From Trichoplax sp. H2 (taxonomy: Eukaryota): a stretch of 64,000 bases of DNA. The notes beneath the pieces are model-generated. The model was not told where the DNA came from. It saw nothing but the letters and a program-made list of their open reading frames with translations, and searched no databases. The stretch is taken from NCBI GenBank assembly GCA_003344405.1, contig NOWV01000208.1, forward strand, positions 1-64,000, given 5' to 3'. Below, piece after piece: positions 12,676 through 27,562 of the stretch (positions within the stretch are counted from its first letter, which is position 1; every line of letters starts with the position of its first letter). The position numbers and the translations under genes are program-made.

Positions 12676-13028
12676 TAATTTTGTCGTTGCATACTTAACG
12701 AAATAGTCACTATAACTGCAATTAATAAATGTGAATGACCTATTCAATCACTTGATAGTATCCAATTAATCTATTTAATTTAGTACTATAGCCGAAAAAA
12801 GTTGATATGGGATAGCACGTGAGTGAAATTTTAATATAAATTACAATATTTGGCCTGTCTTCAATTAAAATATATTCCATTTGAAGCCAAAATATTAAAT
12901 CATGTAAAGTAAGTCTTTAGAAATTAATCAATGACCAATAATCTTTTTTTGCTAGATGAGTATTCACTATACCCTAATGATATTTCAAAATTAAAACATC
13001 GCAATATTCTGTATAATAATAACATGGT

Positions 13029-14054
13029 TTACAGAATTGGTGCAACACGAATCCTTTTATATCGATGACCACACCGTAACCAGGATGGCAAAGCTTTTCT
13101 TAATGTTTCGTTGTACTTCAAGTAGATAATCGGATTGATCACGCATGAAAATGTAGATAGGGCAAAACCTGTACTAACAAGAATCAATGCAGTAGGACTA
13201 GAATTAGTTATAGACGATAGTGTGGTACCATAATATGTCGTTGTTAAAACGATAACAACAAACGGCACTGAAATAAACATGTAAACGATAGTTACTGCAG
13301 TCATCATCTTGATCATGGATTGACCACGCTTTTGATTTAGTTTAAATTGTCGATATCGATTCATGTCGTTTTTATTTCTACTAATTAAAGCTGATCTTAA
13401 GAATAAACCCAATTTCAAATACACTACAACTACAACTGCTAATGGTAAGATATAAATAATTAGGAAGAGTAGCGAAAAGTAGATTATGTTATGTAACTTG
13501 CGATGTTGGTTAAAATCGCATTGAGATGGAATAGTTGGAGAAACATAAATTAGCCATAATATTGGGCTATTGATAATGCAGGAAACAAGCCATAGACTCG
13601 GGATAGTAATTCGCAATTTCCATTTAGTCTTCAAGAATAGCATCTGCTTGATCCGCTCATGAGTAACAATGCAATATCGATCAATTGCAATGGTGGCTAA
13701 TGAAAATGTCGATACAGTAAAACTTGTCGCAAGAATGTAGACAAGTAACTTACAGGCAATATCAAAGGATAAGATATTAGTTCCTTTTATAGCTAAAATA
13801 TTATCTACTGCGGTATTAACAGCAACAGAGATCAAAGTGATAATATCTGACACGCACATATTGCTAATCAAGATATAAGTAGGTAAATGTAAACTTCTTT
13901 TCTTAAAGATACTATAGGAAATGATACCGTTAGCCATTAGACCAAAGATAGAAATAGAAATAGTGGCTATTAATCTAGCTAAAGAAGAATCGATTTTCTT
14001 TTTCATAGTCTTATTAATAAACGAATAATTATCATCACTTAATGTTAAATTCAT
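13029..14054 (-). CDS. Intronless class A (rhodopsin-like) GPCR, subgroup A, 341 aa
   Basis: Seven hydrophobic segments; TM1 N, TM2 SD, TM3 C…AIDRY, TM4 W…P, ECL2 C, TM5 YILP, TM7 NPIIY; N-terminal NxT sequons. Confidence 0.96.
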   Translation of the reverse strand: MNLTLSDDNYSFINKTMKKKIDSSLARLIATISISIFGLMANGIISYSIFKKRSLHLPTYILISNMCVSDIITLISVAVNTAVDNILAIKGTNILSFDIACKLLVYILATSFTVSTFSLATIAIDRYCIVTHERIKQMLFLKTKWKLRITIPSLWLVSCIINSPILWLIYVSPTIPSQCDFNQHRKLHNIIYFSLLFLIIYILPLAVVVVVYLKLGLFLRSALISRNKNDMNRYRQFKLNQKRGQSMIKMMTAVTIVYMFISVPFVVIVLTTTYYGTTLSSITNSSPTALILVSTGFALSTFSCVINPIIYLKYNETLRKALPSWLRCGHRYKRIRVAPIL

Positions 14055-17000
14055 TTCGTCAAGTATGATAAATGTGATATTAATTTTGTGCTGGAAAATG
14101 TATGTAATCGCCTTTCTTATCCAAGGTTAAAAGTATATGTGTATTAAAATGACTTTACCTTGGTTCTTACAGAGGAATATTATACAATTTCTTTGCTCCA
14201 CTTAATAGATAAAATCACTAAGCCCATTAATAACCTTTATAAGTAAATAAATGATAATTATAACGTACTTTTAGTAAAGAATGCGTAACGTGAAAAATTT
14301 CGTCGATCGATATTTGGGAATAAAAAGATTACTGTATGCTCTCTATCGTTTGTCTTAATTATTGTTTTCCTAAAACAATAACAACCTGAGGCAAATAGAT
14401 CAAAGCTAATATCATAATTGATAATTAAATTTATTCCCAGCATTTATTTTGGTTTTAATCAAATCCATGCAGCGTTATGATGGCATACTTGATTGACGTA
14501 CTTTCCTTTCATGATACATCCGGTATGGGTCAATATTAGTCATCAGAAAGTATTCGTTCTAATATCATCTTATAATAGAGCCAGATGTCAGCCATAAGTA
14601 ACGACTAGACATAAAGAGTTATTTTTTATTGCTAGTAGCACACCAATAAGAATTTGAGATTTAACTTAGTAGTTATCATTATTGTTTTATTTTCCAATTT
14701 TCTCCTACGTAAATTTTGTGCCAACAATTTGTATGAAATTACAAGTAATGTTTCCTTCTTGTTATAAGTAATAAATAAATAAAATGACGTGCAAATAAAT
14801 GAATAAAAAATAGCGTTACATTATGCAGTCAAATTCGCTAACGACAGCAGAACTACATAGATTGATTGAGGACAATTATTTTAGTACCTACGTATAATAC
14901 TCGTACAATCCAAATTTTAGTGTCTATTTTAAAAGTGACAGTTAATAAATGATTCTTTAAGTCAAACTGCTTTATGTTATTATACCTTCAGGCTACAATT
15001 CATCTTGCATATGGACTAAGGCATGGATTACACATAGCTATTCTCCTAGGACTATCTACAAATTTTTAAATAGAATCTAGAAAGTCATAAATATTCAAAA
15101 GATTTTCCAAAAAGCGTACTTTCTAAGTTGATCATCATGATGCAGACATCATGATATAGATTTAATCTCTTATTTCAATGGATGTGGTATTAATTAACTT
15201 TAAGATATACGATAGAAAAGCTAGTCATTTAAGTTGGAAACTCTGACGAAAAATTAAGCTTGAATTTCTCTATACGTTCACACTAACTAAATGTCTAGGA
15301 AAGTTAACTTGAATATTGAGGAGACTTTATCGTAATTGAGCGACTAAATAGATTAGATTGATATTAATTTCAACGATATAAGGATTTCTTTTCCATAATG
15401 GAGGAATTATTTATTTTAATAGATAGACATATAAATATCATAACTTCACTATTACTTAAATTAAACATTGAAACTGTAGACAATACAGTTCTGGCTTAAA
15501 TGCTTTTCCGTGCTAAAAATTCAATAGGTCATCTAAAATAATACGAAAAATTGCTACTGTAACCTAATGAAGTTATTTTTTCTTGATTTCATAAGAATAA
15601 TAGATTATGAACTAGAAAAGATTATTATAAGTGAACAAGACATACTATTACAAGATTCTTTCGCTATTGTTAACAAGTAAGACTAAATTTTCTCGATAGT
15701 TCTTCTACAGCAACTGCGGTATACTTAATTATTGTCTTCATTGGTTTCTTCATATTTATTAATACTAATAAAATCTCGTATTCTACGCAATATAAATTAC
15801 AATATGGGTTTATTGCCGTCGCGACTGCTAGACTGGCATTGCGAGATAATATTATTCTTAAGAAGCAATATCTTCAATTATTCATAATTTATGACAACTA
15901 TCTCGTATCGTTGAACCGGTATTTGATAGATTGATATGTTACGGCACAGATATATTTATTAGTTGAGTACATTATACTGTAGAAGGACATCTCAAGACTG
16001 CTATCGCTATGATTAGATAAGATACACCTCCTCATATCAATACTAGAGTATATAAAGAAGAGAATGAAAATAGTAAAGGGGTTATTTTTTATCTTTAATT
16101 TTGACCACCTTAAGAAAGACTGAAGATTATCTGTTGTAGACTCAGTGAGATTCCACACGCTTCAGAAAATATTCAAGCTGAGTCACGATAGTTCCTGATA
16201 ATATTAATATCGATAATAGCGATATGTTTTCTGCCTTTTAAAAGCAATATTATAAAACGCTATAAATTTCATAAAAACTATGGGTACGCCGTTTCAAGTT
16301 TTACATTAAAATTAACATTGTTGTATAAATAGCTGATAGTGGAAAGTTTATATCCGATATTAACTATTAGCTACTGTTTAATTTACAAAAATAACCAAGT
16401 AGATAATTAATAGCAATCCATAATTACAACCTATTAAATTAGTAGTCGATAGCTACCTCATACAGGTTATCATTACGATGTGAGGATATAAAATTTTATT
16501 TATTTTATCTATCCTGACAACGAGAATAATATTTAGATAAGCGATTTTAAATATTGATTTGACTAGCAATATTTGATAAGTCTTTCAGACTCAAAAACGA
16601 GAGACCAAATAAAATAATTGGTGAAGAAAGCAAATTTAGCTATATATACAACAAAGTTACTCGGATTGAAATACGGCTTAGTTTCGTAAAAATTATGAGT
16701 TGATAATTGGGAATGTTTCATCATTGGTTTCTTTTATGCCAGTTATTTAAAATTTAAATAGCAGATGTTGAAATCTAGAACTTGAATTTATCATATTAGC
16801 TCTCATACTCTGGTAGACTGATGTTACTGTTACTACTGAAATATCCCTCAAATAATTTAGGTTAAAAAAAGTTCTATAAGCATCGACTATACAGATATTT
16901 TCCGATGTCTTAGAATAGTAATTTCCATACTAAATTAATTACTGCAATGTTAAATTCCAGCTATTTTCCAGTTTTTTGCAATAATTTACTAAAAATACCG

Positions 17001-19830
17001 TAACTAATCTACAGGAAAGTGAATATATATTATTAGGCAGCGATAATTATTTAATAGCAACCCCTGTTACCTATTTAATACTCTAATTGGTAAGTGATAA
17101 GGAAATAATTACTTTTAATAGATAAAGGATTAATTAGTGGCCAAATTTATCACTGAAAATCTGCATTGAATATTCTTTATCAAAGGAATTCACCAATGAT
17201 TTCTTGAGAATATCTAAAATGTTCTCTGACCTGTTAAGAAAACTGACTACATTTAGCGAGTTATTCAAAGTTTATCGTAGGATGAAAGTTTCTAAAGCAT
17301 CTGCAATCAGCTGAGGCTATTAGCGCGAGTGCTGATCCTAAAATACATCGCGATACACTATAATGGTAAGATCACTGCTTTTCCCTCCTCTCCTATAAAA
17401 AAAATAGTGATTAAAAATGTCACTCACTATATTGCAAGCTAACAATGCAATTGTTAATGAAATGTTCTAAAATCACTACACGCACATTCTGTATTTCATT
17501 AATGATAAAGAACATGTCAAATTAAAACGAAAGTTTTCTAAAGGTGATAATTTAGGGTAATAGCTATGCCGATATTAGTAAAGTTCCAAACGGCTGATTA
17601 ATTTTTAGGTTGTAAAAATGAGCTGGTAAACAAATGCGATACTGAAATATACACTATTGAAGTTTTAGGAAAACCTAAGCCTAATCTGTTATCAAAACTA
17701 AAATTTAGAGCACAGTAAAACTAAGTTCTATCTTTCGAACCAATGATCCATTATTTTCCAGTCTTTGCTACGTCACAAATTTATGTTGCGAACTACTACA
17801 CTAAATTAATAAATTACTTATGCCTTGCTCCACAACACCTGGAGTTCTACAGATTATTAGTACTTCACGGAATATGAACATACTAAATACGAGTATCTGA
17901 CACTGTACTAAGGAATTTTAGTTAAATTTTATTTTTAACCTTACTTACAGTTATCGAATCATACGTGAGCCTGTACTTCGATAGCATAGCGTACAGAGTC
18001 TACTATCGGAACCATAGTAGTTAGGTATAATATTGATGTACTAGTGCAATTTAACGTACAAACTATACAGAGTAAGAGACGATCATTTATGAAAAATTGA
18101 GCAAACGAGAGTAGCAAAGCGCACGGTAGTAGGCTAGTCATTTATAATCACTATACTGAAGGTGACTAAAAGTATTAGGTATTTGGAAATATAAGAAATA
18201 TTAATATAGTTTATGGTAGGCTTTGAAGCCGAGTTAACTTGTCTTTGCGATTCTTAGCGAGATGTCTGTAAATTAAGCCATTAGATAGAGTCATTGATTT
18301 CTATTTCATGTTTATTTTTGAGATAGGAAACATTGCAATATGATTCTATCCATAGTATGTTATGGTAAGGTAATATTAGTACGCTATTGTTGTTAGATTG
18401 CATTTGCATTTGAAGCGTGAAAATCGTTCTTAACTATCAGATAGCCAGAACTAAATTAGCAGCTATGCTTCTATGTGAATATTATTTTATTAATTCTTCT
18501 AACCTCTTACACCTATACTTATCTGATATGTAATAAGATAGAGCAAAAACTTGGCCATTACTCGCATGGTGAGATACAATAATGTAGGTTTTTCCTAGCT
18601 TATGTAAATCCTAAATTTCTCATTCTTATAATGACACCCTTTAATCATTTCTTTATGGCCCCTTCGTTTTGCATCGAAGTGAACCTGAAATATGATAATT
18701 TACTATTCGTTGCTTGTAGAAAGAATATTTAAGCGTTCAATCTTATTAAAATCACATGTCCTTAAATGAAACCATTATATAAGTATACCGACATGCAACT
18801 ACGGTATGTATCAGAAAATTTTGGATGTAGAGTATGCACGTAGATGATTGCTATACATAATTAATGTAACAAACATTATGCATATTTCAATAAACATGCC
18901 TAACCGAATATTGTATACAGTGCTAACAGCTGAGCTGTTACTGCAATATTTAATATTACTAGCTAACTACCGCCATAGCATATCCAAATTTCGGCCTTGT
19001 CAATAAATATAATGGTCTAGTACAATGTTACGCCAGTATAAATAAAATTCAAACAATGCAATGATGAGCTTTTATAGAAAGTTCGACAATGAGATAAATT
19101 TATTAATTCCAAGCAGACAAAACAAGTATAATATTCTTACTGGCACAGTTAATATTATCAAAATATCTAGTCACTAATCGAGGAAACGGACAGGATTTAT
19201 GAATACTGTCTGGTACTAGAAAATATTTTCGGCTTTAGTATGGGATCAGAGAGCGCTGCATTTAAGCAAGTAATAAATAATTAACCGATTGAAAGATATT
19301 TCTAAGATATTTACCGATGCTATTATGCTTTTATGGTATAGATAAAGAAAAAAGATGGTCATTAATTAAACTCAATTGGTTTTACGACGTGTAAATGCAA
19401 TTGGCGAAATGCATAATATTAATTTCTGTTTTAATAGTCTATTTTATTGTACGTTTTATAAAATTTTAGCCTTCTTGAATAATAATTAATACGTACTGGA
19501 ATAATAAAAATATTTGCACTCTAGTTGATCTCTGAGTAATTATATTAAGAAAAAAAGTAAAAATTACGAATAGATATCATTTGTTAAAAATTTTAATTCT
19601 AATTTCTTTATAATTAATTGGACTGAACTAAAATCTAACAATGCTTGCTTTGGTTTGATCATGTAGTGTTTGAAAATATTAATCTTAACATCTTAAGATT
19701 GTAATGTATGTATCAAATTTATTTAATTGTCACTTATCGATGTTTTATCACGGTTATAACATTTCTCATTATATTCTCTCTATGAAACTATATCATGTTT
19801 ACCGTAGAAATCATTTCCATCAAGCTGCTC

Positions 19831-20900
19831 ATGGCATCTTTAGCACCGATTTCATCTATCAATTTTAACGTGATGGATACTGCTATGCCGGAGAACAACA
19901 AGACATTCTTATATCAACCTGCACTTCGAGCGAGGACTAACTATACAAGCTATTAGTATGCCGATAATGTTTGTATACACCTCTTTGGCTGCTGTTCAAA
20001 TGCTTTCATCTTTTGAACTTTTCTGAAAGAGAATTAGCTATATACTCCAAAATTTCACTTTGTTATCAAATTGGCTATCTCTGACTGCTTTATTTATTTG
20101 GTATCATCCTTGATTGCAACAAGTAAGTTTATTTAAGCGATTTCATTAGATTCTGACGAAATGTTTATAGCTTTTTGTAAAATACTACCTTTCCTCAATC
20201 TTACCGGCTATACCACATCTACGATAACCTTAGCTAGTATAAGTAATGAAAGACATTGTACTATTTCTAAACAAATTCACCATCATCCCTTTTTGAATAG
20301 TAAAGTAAAATTAAGATTTGCCATTGATTTAAGCTGGTTTTATTGGGATAATTACAACTGCAACTGTTTTCTTTATTATGATAGTATCAAGCGCTGTCCA
20401 TGGTTTTGCAGCATTGCTAATTCGAGGCACAACCCACCTTATATTGTCTATTTTACGTCGATATTTCGAATTTCTTATCTAATACCATTAATTATTATAA
20501 CACTGAGCTACACTATGGGTCATTATCTATTTAACTCGTCATATTCCTGAAAAGGGTACAAATTCTTCGCAAAGGCTTGCTAAAGTTCATTGAAGACAAC
20601 ATTTGTGCTTCATCAAAATGTTACTGACGGTTACCAGTATTTTTCTTGTAATTTCACTTCCTTATGTCTACTTTATCTAGTATTGGCTTTAGTGCTAAAA
20701 ATTCTGTTGATTTAATTTCAAATTATAATCCTTCACAGTCTATTTTTGCTCAATTTGGATTTTTAATTACGATTTTGTCTTGTCTACAAAATCCGATTTT
20801 ATTTGTTACTTTTAATTCTAAATTTCGTCTAAGCACAACCTTGCTATGGCTTATCAATATTCAAATACAAGTCTAAAAAGGAGAATAACAATTAAATGAA
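19831..20900 (+). pseudogene. GPCR pseudogene, subgroup B
   Basis: Fragments TPKFHFVIKLAISDCF, FCKILP…TLASISNERH, YLIPLIIITLSY and CLQNPILF lie in different frames with in-frame stops; similar to the genes at 23190 and 41271. 3' end approximate. Confidence 0.9.
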
Positions 20901-23189
20901 TTGGTCTACAAGATAAAAGACCCTCAAAAGAATAAGACAGTAGAGTAATTTTTTAATTATATGACTGCTCCTTATTGTTATCGGGGTACAAGGGTATAAA
21001 TGCAGTACAGATCTTTGTTTGCTATCCGATTTTTATGATACTCGACTTGATTTTTGTTGTAAGATATTTAGGACTACAACCAGCCTAAGTAAAATCAAGG
21101 TAGCTGGAGATACCTAAACCTTTCTTTCTTCGTATCTACTTAACATTGCCGGTAGATGCTTAAAATTTAATAATTTTTTTCTTTGAATTTTTAAGCTTAC
21201 AACTTCAGAGAATAACCGAAATGCGAGCACTAAAGGCAAGATACATGTTGAAACAAAATTTTTGATGTTATATGGACATTCTGTAGTTGAATATATAAAG
21301 ATTGTCTGTTGACCGTAAATTAAAATCTAAAGTTACTAAACTAATAAATGCTTTGCATTGCCAATAGGTGTTTTTATGTATTGAAAGACAATTTTGCTCT
21401 TCGTTATTCATTATTAAGTGGGTATTATAATGCCAATATGATAAGATATTGCGAATTAGAAGGAATTTAATTTCGTTGCCGAACAACATTAGAAAACCCC
21501 ATCTTGTTGGTATATCATAATAGTAAATGCTAATCGTATTAATTCAGCTCGCAGTTGTAAAGCGTACACCTTTTGAATAGCAGAAAATATGAATCTGGAA
21601 TATTTGTAAGGAAATAGAATATTATTAACTCATTTTCTTACCATTTTACTTAACTATATACATTATGTACAGTCTATCAAATTCTGTCGTATGTTTTCAA
21701 TTCACCTGCTTTAATCACCCGCTTTCAAGTGATTCAAGTCTTCGTAGTGTTCGTGAATAACAGATAAACGATTACAATATTAATCTACCGTTATTTAACA
21801 TCAGCTTACACGTGTGTGCTTCACCAAAAACTGATAATTGAATTAATCGAGTACGATCAATCTAACAAAGAACTTGTTTTCATTGTTTAGAATATGATTA
21901 TCGAGTCAAAGCAGGGCAACGCGTATGCATGATTATTTTTATAAATATTTGATTGTTAATGAAATTTCTAAACGTAAGGAAGACATACAATTACCTTTCA
22001 TATTGTACAGAAATCAAATGCTAATATAGCAGGAATGGAAATGATAACGTCATCATCATTCAAATTTCTTCGCTCTTTATCATATACCTTGCTAAATTCT
22101 AAGGTATATTAGAACCTATAAACGTATTAAGTAAGCTAATATAATGGAATGCGATTATTAAAATTCGATGAATTTTTCGATTAGTTTCCTCTTTTCTTTA
22201 TGAAATTGATAGCTTCTGTAAATTATTATTCCTTAATAAATCCATGAAAAAATTATAATCTATTTTGAAGAAGTTGTTTACTAAGCGTCAATTAGTTTGA
22301 TTTTCTGGCATATTTATGAAGTCGATTTACCTAAAAATATTATTCCTATTTCTCGCTGGATTTGCTAATTTTGCGATCCAAAATCAATATTTTAAGCTGT
22401 AGCTTGAATCTCAATTTGTACGGGGTTTAAAAAAAAACATAAAATACATCTACTGCTAGCTACTTGATAGATTGTACTAGCTGTTCATATCTTGCTCTTA
22501 AAATACTTTATATTCTAATTATTAGACTGATATCATTTGAAAAGAATCAGTCTGAAGTTTTATAACAGAAAATATAATTAATTTCTTCTATCGTGAGTTA
22601 CTGTCAATTTTGGGTTTATCTTCATTTATTCTTTAAGCTATCCTACACAATGACTCTCGTTGTTGTAAATCTTTATTTCTAATCTGATTTTCATTATAGT
22701 GGCGTTATACTTACTTTGAGGCTAGAAGTCATATTTAAAGAGAAAATATGATTTTCTGCTAAAACCACAAACAAATTAACTGTAGTGATTGTCCTTTATT
22801 CGTATTTCCAGTGACACATTGACGAAAATCATTTAATACCATTCTTTAAATCCTTCTTTTGAATATTGAATAAGAGTATTTTATCTACCGAACGATTTTA
22901 ACAAAGAAAAAATTAATTATTACCATGCTTAAATATTTGACGTTAATGAAAAGATAATGCAATCATAAATCGCTATACCAAGATATATAATAACATAATA
23001 AATATAATAACATCGTCTAGAAAAATATTGTTTTCAAGTTAGTTATACCTTATAAAGTAACGTTGATGAGTTTAAAATATATAAAGCTTTCAGAATTTTC
23101 AAGGAAGATAAGTTGAAATATACATAGCATCGACTTCGTTTATATTTTCCGCAAGAACATAAATACCCAGGTATTCTGGTTATTTAAAA

Positions 23190-24254
23190 ATGTCATATGT
23201 ATCCCAGCGATTTATAATTAATTCTACTGCTCCAAAAGATATCAATGGATCAAAATGGCTCTCTAGGGAAAATAATCTTCAATCTATTTTAAATATTACC
23301 TTACCCATTCTGTTGACTTTTACTGTCTTTGGCTGTATGGCTAACAGCATCGTTTGTTGGATTATTTGGAAGAAACGAGAACTTCATACACCCACATTTT
23401 ATCTAATTATGAATATGGCCATATCTGATTGTGCCATATTATGCATGTCTTCATTACAATTACTCAATGATTATACGCTCCTTCGATTAAAGATTCGTCC
23501 ACAAGAAATAAAATTTATCATTTTCTGCAGATTACTACCAATTTTCTGCCTCACCGCTTATATCTCATCCACTTTCACATTGGCAGCTATTAGCATCGAA
23601 AGATTCTATTCTATATCTTCATGGAGTAATAATAAATCGTATTTTAATACAAGAAAAAAACTAAGATTAGTTATTGGATTTAGTTGGCTAGTAGGAATTA
23701 TCGTAGCTTCACCATTTGCTGCTATTGTAACGGTGCCAGGACGTTTTCCCTGGATATGTATCATTGTTAAAATTAACATTGTTTTGAGCTCAATTTATTT
23801 CCTGACATTATTTTTGATAGCTTACTTGTGTCCTTTAGTTGTAATGGTTATCATGTACACTAAAATAATTTTATTTTTAAGAAGTCATTTTGTAATTCAT
23901 CAACAAAACGATTTAAAAACTTACCAAGCTAACAAGAAACGCCATATCCGTATTGTTAAAAAGTTAATTTTATTAACGAGTTTATTTTTAACTCTATCTT
24001 TTCCCCTTTTCTTTCTGTATTTGTTAATGGGATTTAGCGGTAAAAGTTCCTATAATTTTCTTAAGATAAAAAATCCACGTAATATTATCTTAAGTGAAGT
24101 TGGATTTTTACTCACTGTCGTTTCATGTTTACAAAATCCTTTGCTTTACTTCTCTTTTAATCCAGCGTTTCGTAAAGCGATTACAATCAACTGCCTATGT
24201 TACCAACGATCGAAGCGCCAAATTAGTGTTAAGAGTGCTCCGGGCGGAAGCTAA
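23190..24254 (+). CDS. Intronless class A GPCR, subgroup B, 354 aa
   Basis: HTPTFYLIMNMAISD, AISIERF, YLCP, QNPLLY and helix-8 FRK; seven TM segments. Confidence 0.96.
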   Translation: MSYVSQRFIINSTAPKDINGSKWLSRENNLQSILNITLPILLTFTVFGCMANSIVCWIIWKKRELHTPTFYLIMNMAISDCAILCMSSLQLLNDYTLLRLKIRPQEIKFIIFCRLLPIFCLTAYISSTFTLAAISIERFYSISSWSNNKSYFNTRKKLRLVIGFSWLVGIIVASPFAAIVTVPGRFPWICIIVKINIVLSSIYFLTLFLIAYLCPLVVMVIMYTKIILFLRSHFVIHQQNDLKTYQANKKRHIRIVKKLILLTSLFLTLSFPLFFLYLLMGFSGKSSYNFLKIKNPRNIILSEVGFLLTVVSCLQNPLLYFSFNPAFRKAITINCLCYQRSKRQISVKSAPGGS

Positions 24255-24622
24255 AAGTGTAGAACGGGATCTGATTGTTTCGCAATTCAAAACTGTTTCA
24301 TTAAAGATAGAATTTTGGATAAATTAATTCGATCATAAAAGTTGTTAAACTGAATGTAGTCAATGAAACTAGATTGAAATTGTTATTTGATGAATAATAA
24401 ATCAAAATTGATGTTTGTTGTAAATGAAATATTATTACCAATTAACTTATTAGAGTACTTTACCGTAACTTTTTAAGCTTTCCGTGATGTAATAAATTGA
24501 AGCATACTCCCCAAATTTCTATACCTAAGACTCTTTGTATAATAGCTTTAATACTTGACCTTCATTTTTAGTACTATGCAAGATATTGGCATCCCCCTCA
24601 GTTGCTTAAATGAATTTATTCT

Positions 24623-25210
24623 TGTCACGGTACGCCGTTACTAATTAAGAAACTGTAAATTAATGAATGCTTATGAATAGATAAGATAAGGTTATGTGCT
24701 ATGTTTTAATGTGCTTGTAGCTGATAATAGGATGGTAGAAATAAGATAAAAATAGAAGTTGTTAGCACTTAATTTACTGTAGGTTTATAAGGTGTGTTAA
24801 TCTCTAAAAATTGAGCTGTATATGGACGAAGGTTAAGCGTCTTAACACCTGATAGCTTGTAGCTATCTAAGTCTGAGAATATCGACATGTATATTTGGTA
24901 ATGGTATTATACTAATTAATGTAACTTGTAAAGCATGAATTCTCACTCGTTAATATTGGAATTCACTGTAGAAACCTATTTAAGCGCGTGTGTTTGTAGA
25001 ATAAAGTAAGTAATTGCTCAAGAAACGGCAAGACTCATATCGTGAAGAATAGTGTAATAATTAGTCAGTTGTCTGTGGAGATCAGCCGAGAAATCGAGTT
25101 CTCAAATACTTCTCTCATAGAAACTGAAAGTACTGGGAGAAATAGCCCAAGTTTTAAGTAACTACACTAGAGTTCTTTACTTTCCTTTGCCACAAGTGAA
25201 GGTTGTGACA
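24623..25210 (+). mobile_element. Solo LTR, family K
   Basis: TGTCAC…GTGACA ends; TSD ATTCT at 24618-24622 and 25211-25215; TATTTAA then AATAAA at about 24977-25005; homologous to 33285-34416 and 63949-64000. Confidence 0.92.
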
Positions 25211-27562
25211 ATTCTGTATTTATTTAATTAGAAAGATTCCCACTGGCAGTTATAAATTTTTCCTATTTAAATAATTTAAGATCGTTTCTGTTGGAATGAA
25301 TTTTGAAAAACATATTCAAAACAATAATTAGTAGGATAAAATGATCATAAATATAAATTTGAGTCTTTTACGGCTTCTTTAGAATGTTATGAAATACTCG
25401 CACTAATGTTAGAACTGCGGAGCAGTTTCGGCCATTGTTTCAAAAAGGTAAAAACAATCCTATTATTCAAATTATAAATGTAAGCTTTGCATTAATGCTG
25501 CAAAATTCATATTACGGATATTACAAATATCTGACGATGGCGAGAACATCCTGCATTCATTCAAATACATATAAAAGCCGGCGTAGATAGAATTCAGTAT
25601 ACAACAGTAGACGCTTGCCGTGTACTTAACAGCATCTATTCATTTAAAACAATTCACCTCGATCTTCAATACCCGACAAAAGATGCGGTTTATGGTTTCG
25701 GTCGATATTTGTTTATGTGTATTTTCAATTTTAGTAACTGAAGAGAATATTCTGAAAAGTAAGGTTGCTCATTGTGTTTTTAAAATATCAATTTATATGA
25801 ATATATATAATATTACTTTAGTATCTGTATAGAATACTGCTATCTATGACGTAATCTATTCTTCTATAGATAACTGCATAGTTTTATAGTAATGTCTGAG
25901 TACTGATAACTAATAATATTTTATCTGTATAATAAACTGACAGATTTTTCTACAAAGTTTAGGATCAGTTTTGTCTAAGAGAATCTTGTGGTATTTCTAT
26001 CTCTCCTGGCAATAGGAATTCGTTAATTTAGAGTAAATAGAGTCGTACAGCAAATAAATATCGGAGAATATAAATCTGATAGTAGGCTCGTTGTCATGTA
26101 ATTTTCTGCAGTAATCTAATATTTCCTTATTAATAACTTCGATTTGCAACCGTAATCTATTGAAAATACAGTACCGTCTAGACTTATTAGAAATTTAGAC
26201 GGATAACAGAACGCATTTTTAATCTTGTGAAATATCCAAAGCTCTTAATTGTGTCTATCACAAATTTGTGATCTGCCATAGAAAGGAAACAAGGAATTCA
26301 TAATAAACAAAATTTTAAGCTTGAATGATTCAATTATTAGAAATACTTTATAAATAACGACATATTAAATAGAAATATGACTTCATTTACTGGATATTAA
26401 TATTTTAAGTGTTATTGTTCACAATAGAAGGAAATTTTGATGATACTAAATATAAATGTTGAGTTACTGTGCTTCTCTACGCACGGAAATTTAATAATGT
26501 GTCTTGAATAATCTTCATTAATCTTTTGTTAATGATATCCACTCTTAACCCCACAAGCTTCAAGGCACAGTCAGCTCTTTAAGTTTTCCTGATACGTCGA
26601 TATTTTAACCTAGTCACGATGGCAGTTCAAGATAATAATAGCAAATTTAAGTTAATGAATTCGGCACTCGAAATTGAATTATTGATTCAAACTTCTTATT
26701 TTGATTTAAACAAAAGTTAATTATGATCTTATATCCAAGAGAAAGAGTTGTACTGCCATTTTATACCTTGAGACTTTGTATTTAATATAAAATCTAGTCA
26801 TATTTATTTTTAGACAAATTGGATGAGTGTAATATAAGCTTTTCATCACTAAGTATAACATTAATTCTAGTTGTATGATATAATTTTACAAGAATATTAT
26901 AGATATAATCAAATTATGTTCATTTACCTGAGAAATTCTTCTAATTTCAATGCTGCAGTATTTGAAAGCGATCAAAAACATTATTTTTTTATCCTTCTCC
27001 AACTTTTCGACTTTTAGGAGACTTTTAAAATAGAATAATTCATCAATTGATAATACCAATAGCAGCTAATTAAAAGCGAATTAGATGTGCATTCTTATAC
27101 TGATACAAGATAGACGGTTACTTTGTTATGATAAGAAGGAAGATAAATTTTAGTAGGCATTTCGATGATATTCGAAATAAAATTATTCAGTATTTTATGC
27201 GCCAATAGCGGCTGATTATCTTGAATTTGATATAATTTATTCGTTGGTAATATGTAATTGAGAATCAATAATATATCAACTTTCGAAAGTTTTAGTTCTG
27301 TATTTTTGTATAATTTTTGAGACAATTAAACTGATTCCATTATCTCTTCATCACTTAATCATTAAATTAATGCATTGCTTTTAGACGTTACAGTCTTCTT
27401 GATATTGCAGAAAGCTCTTTCAATACTCCTGAAACTATGGTGCATAAAATTCCTCTGCATATAAGAAATCGAATATGATTGAGTGACAATTAAGGCAATT
27501 AAAAGTATCCGGGGTAATTTTAAATCTTGTAATTACAGTTGAATTAAATTGATTTATTATAC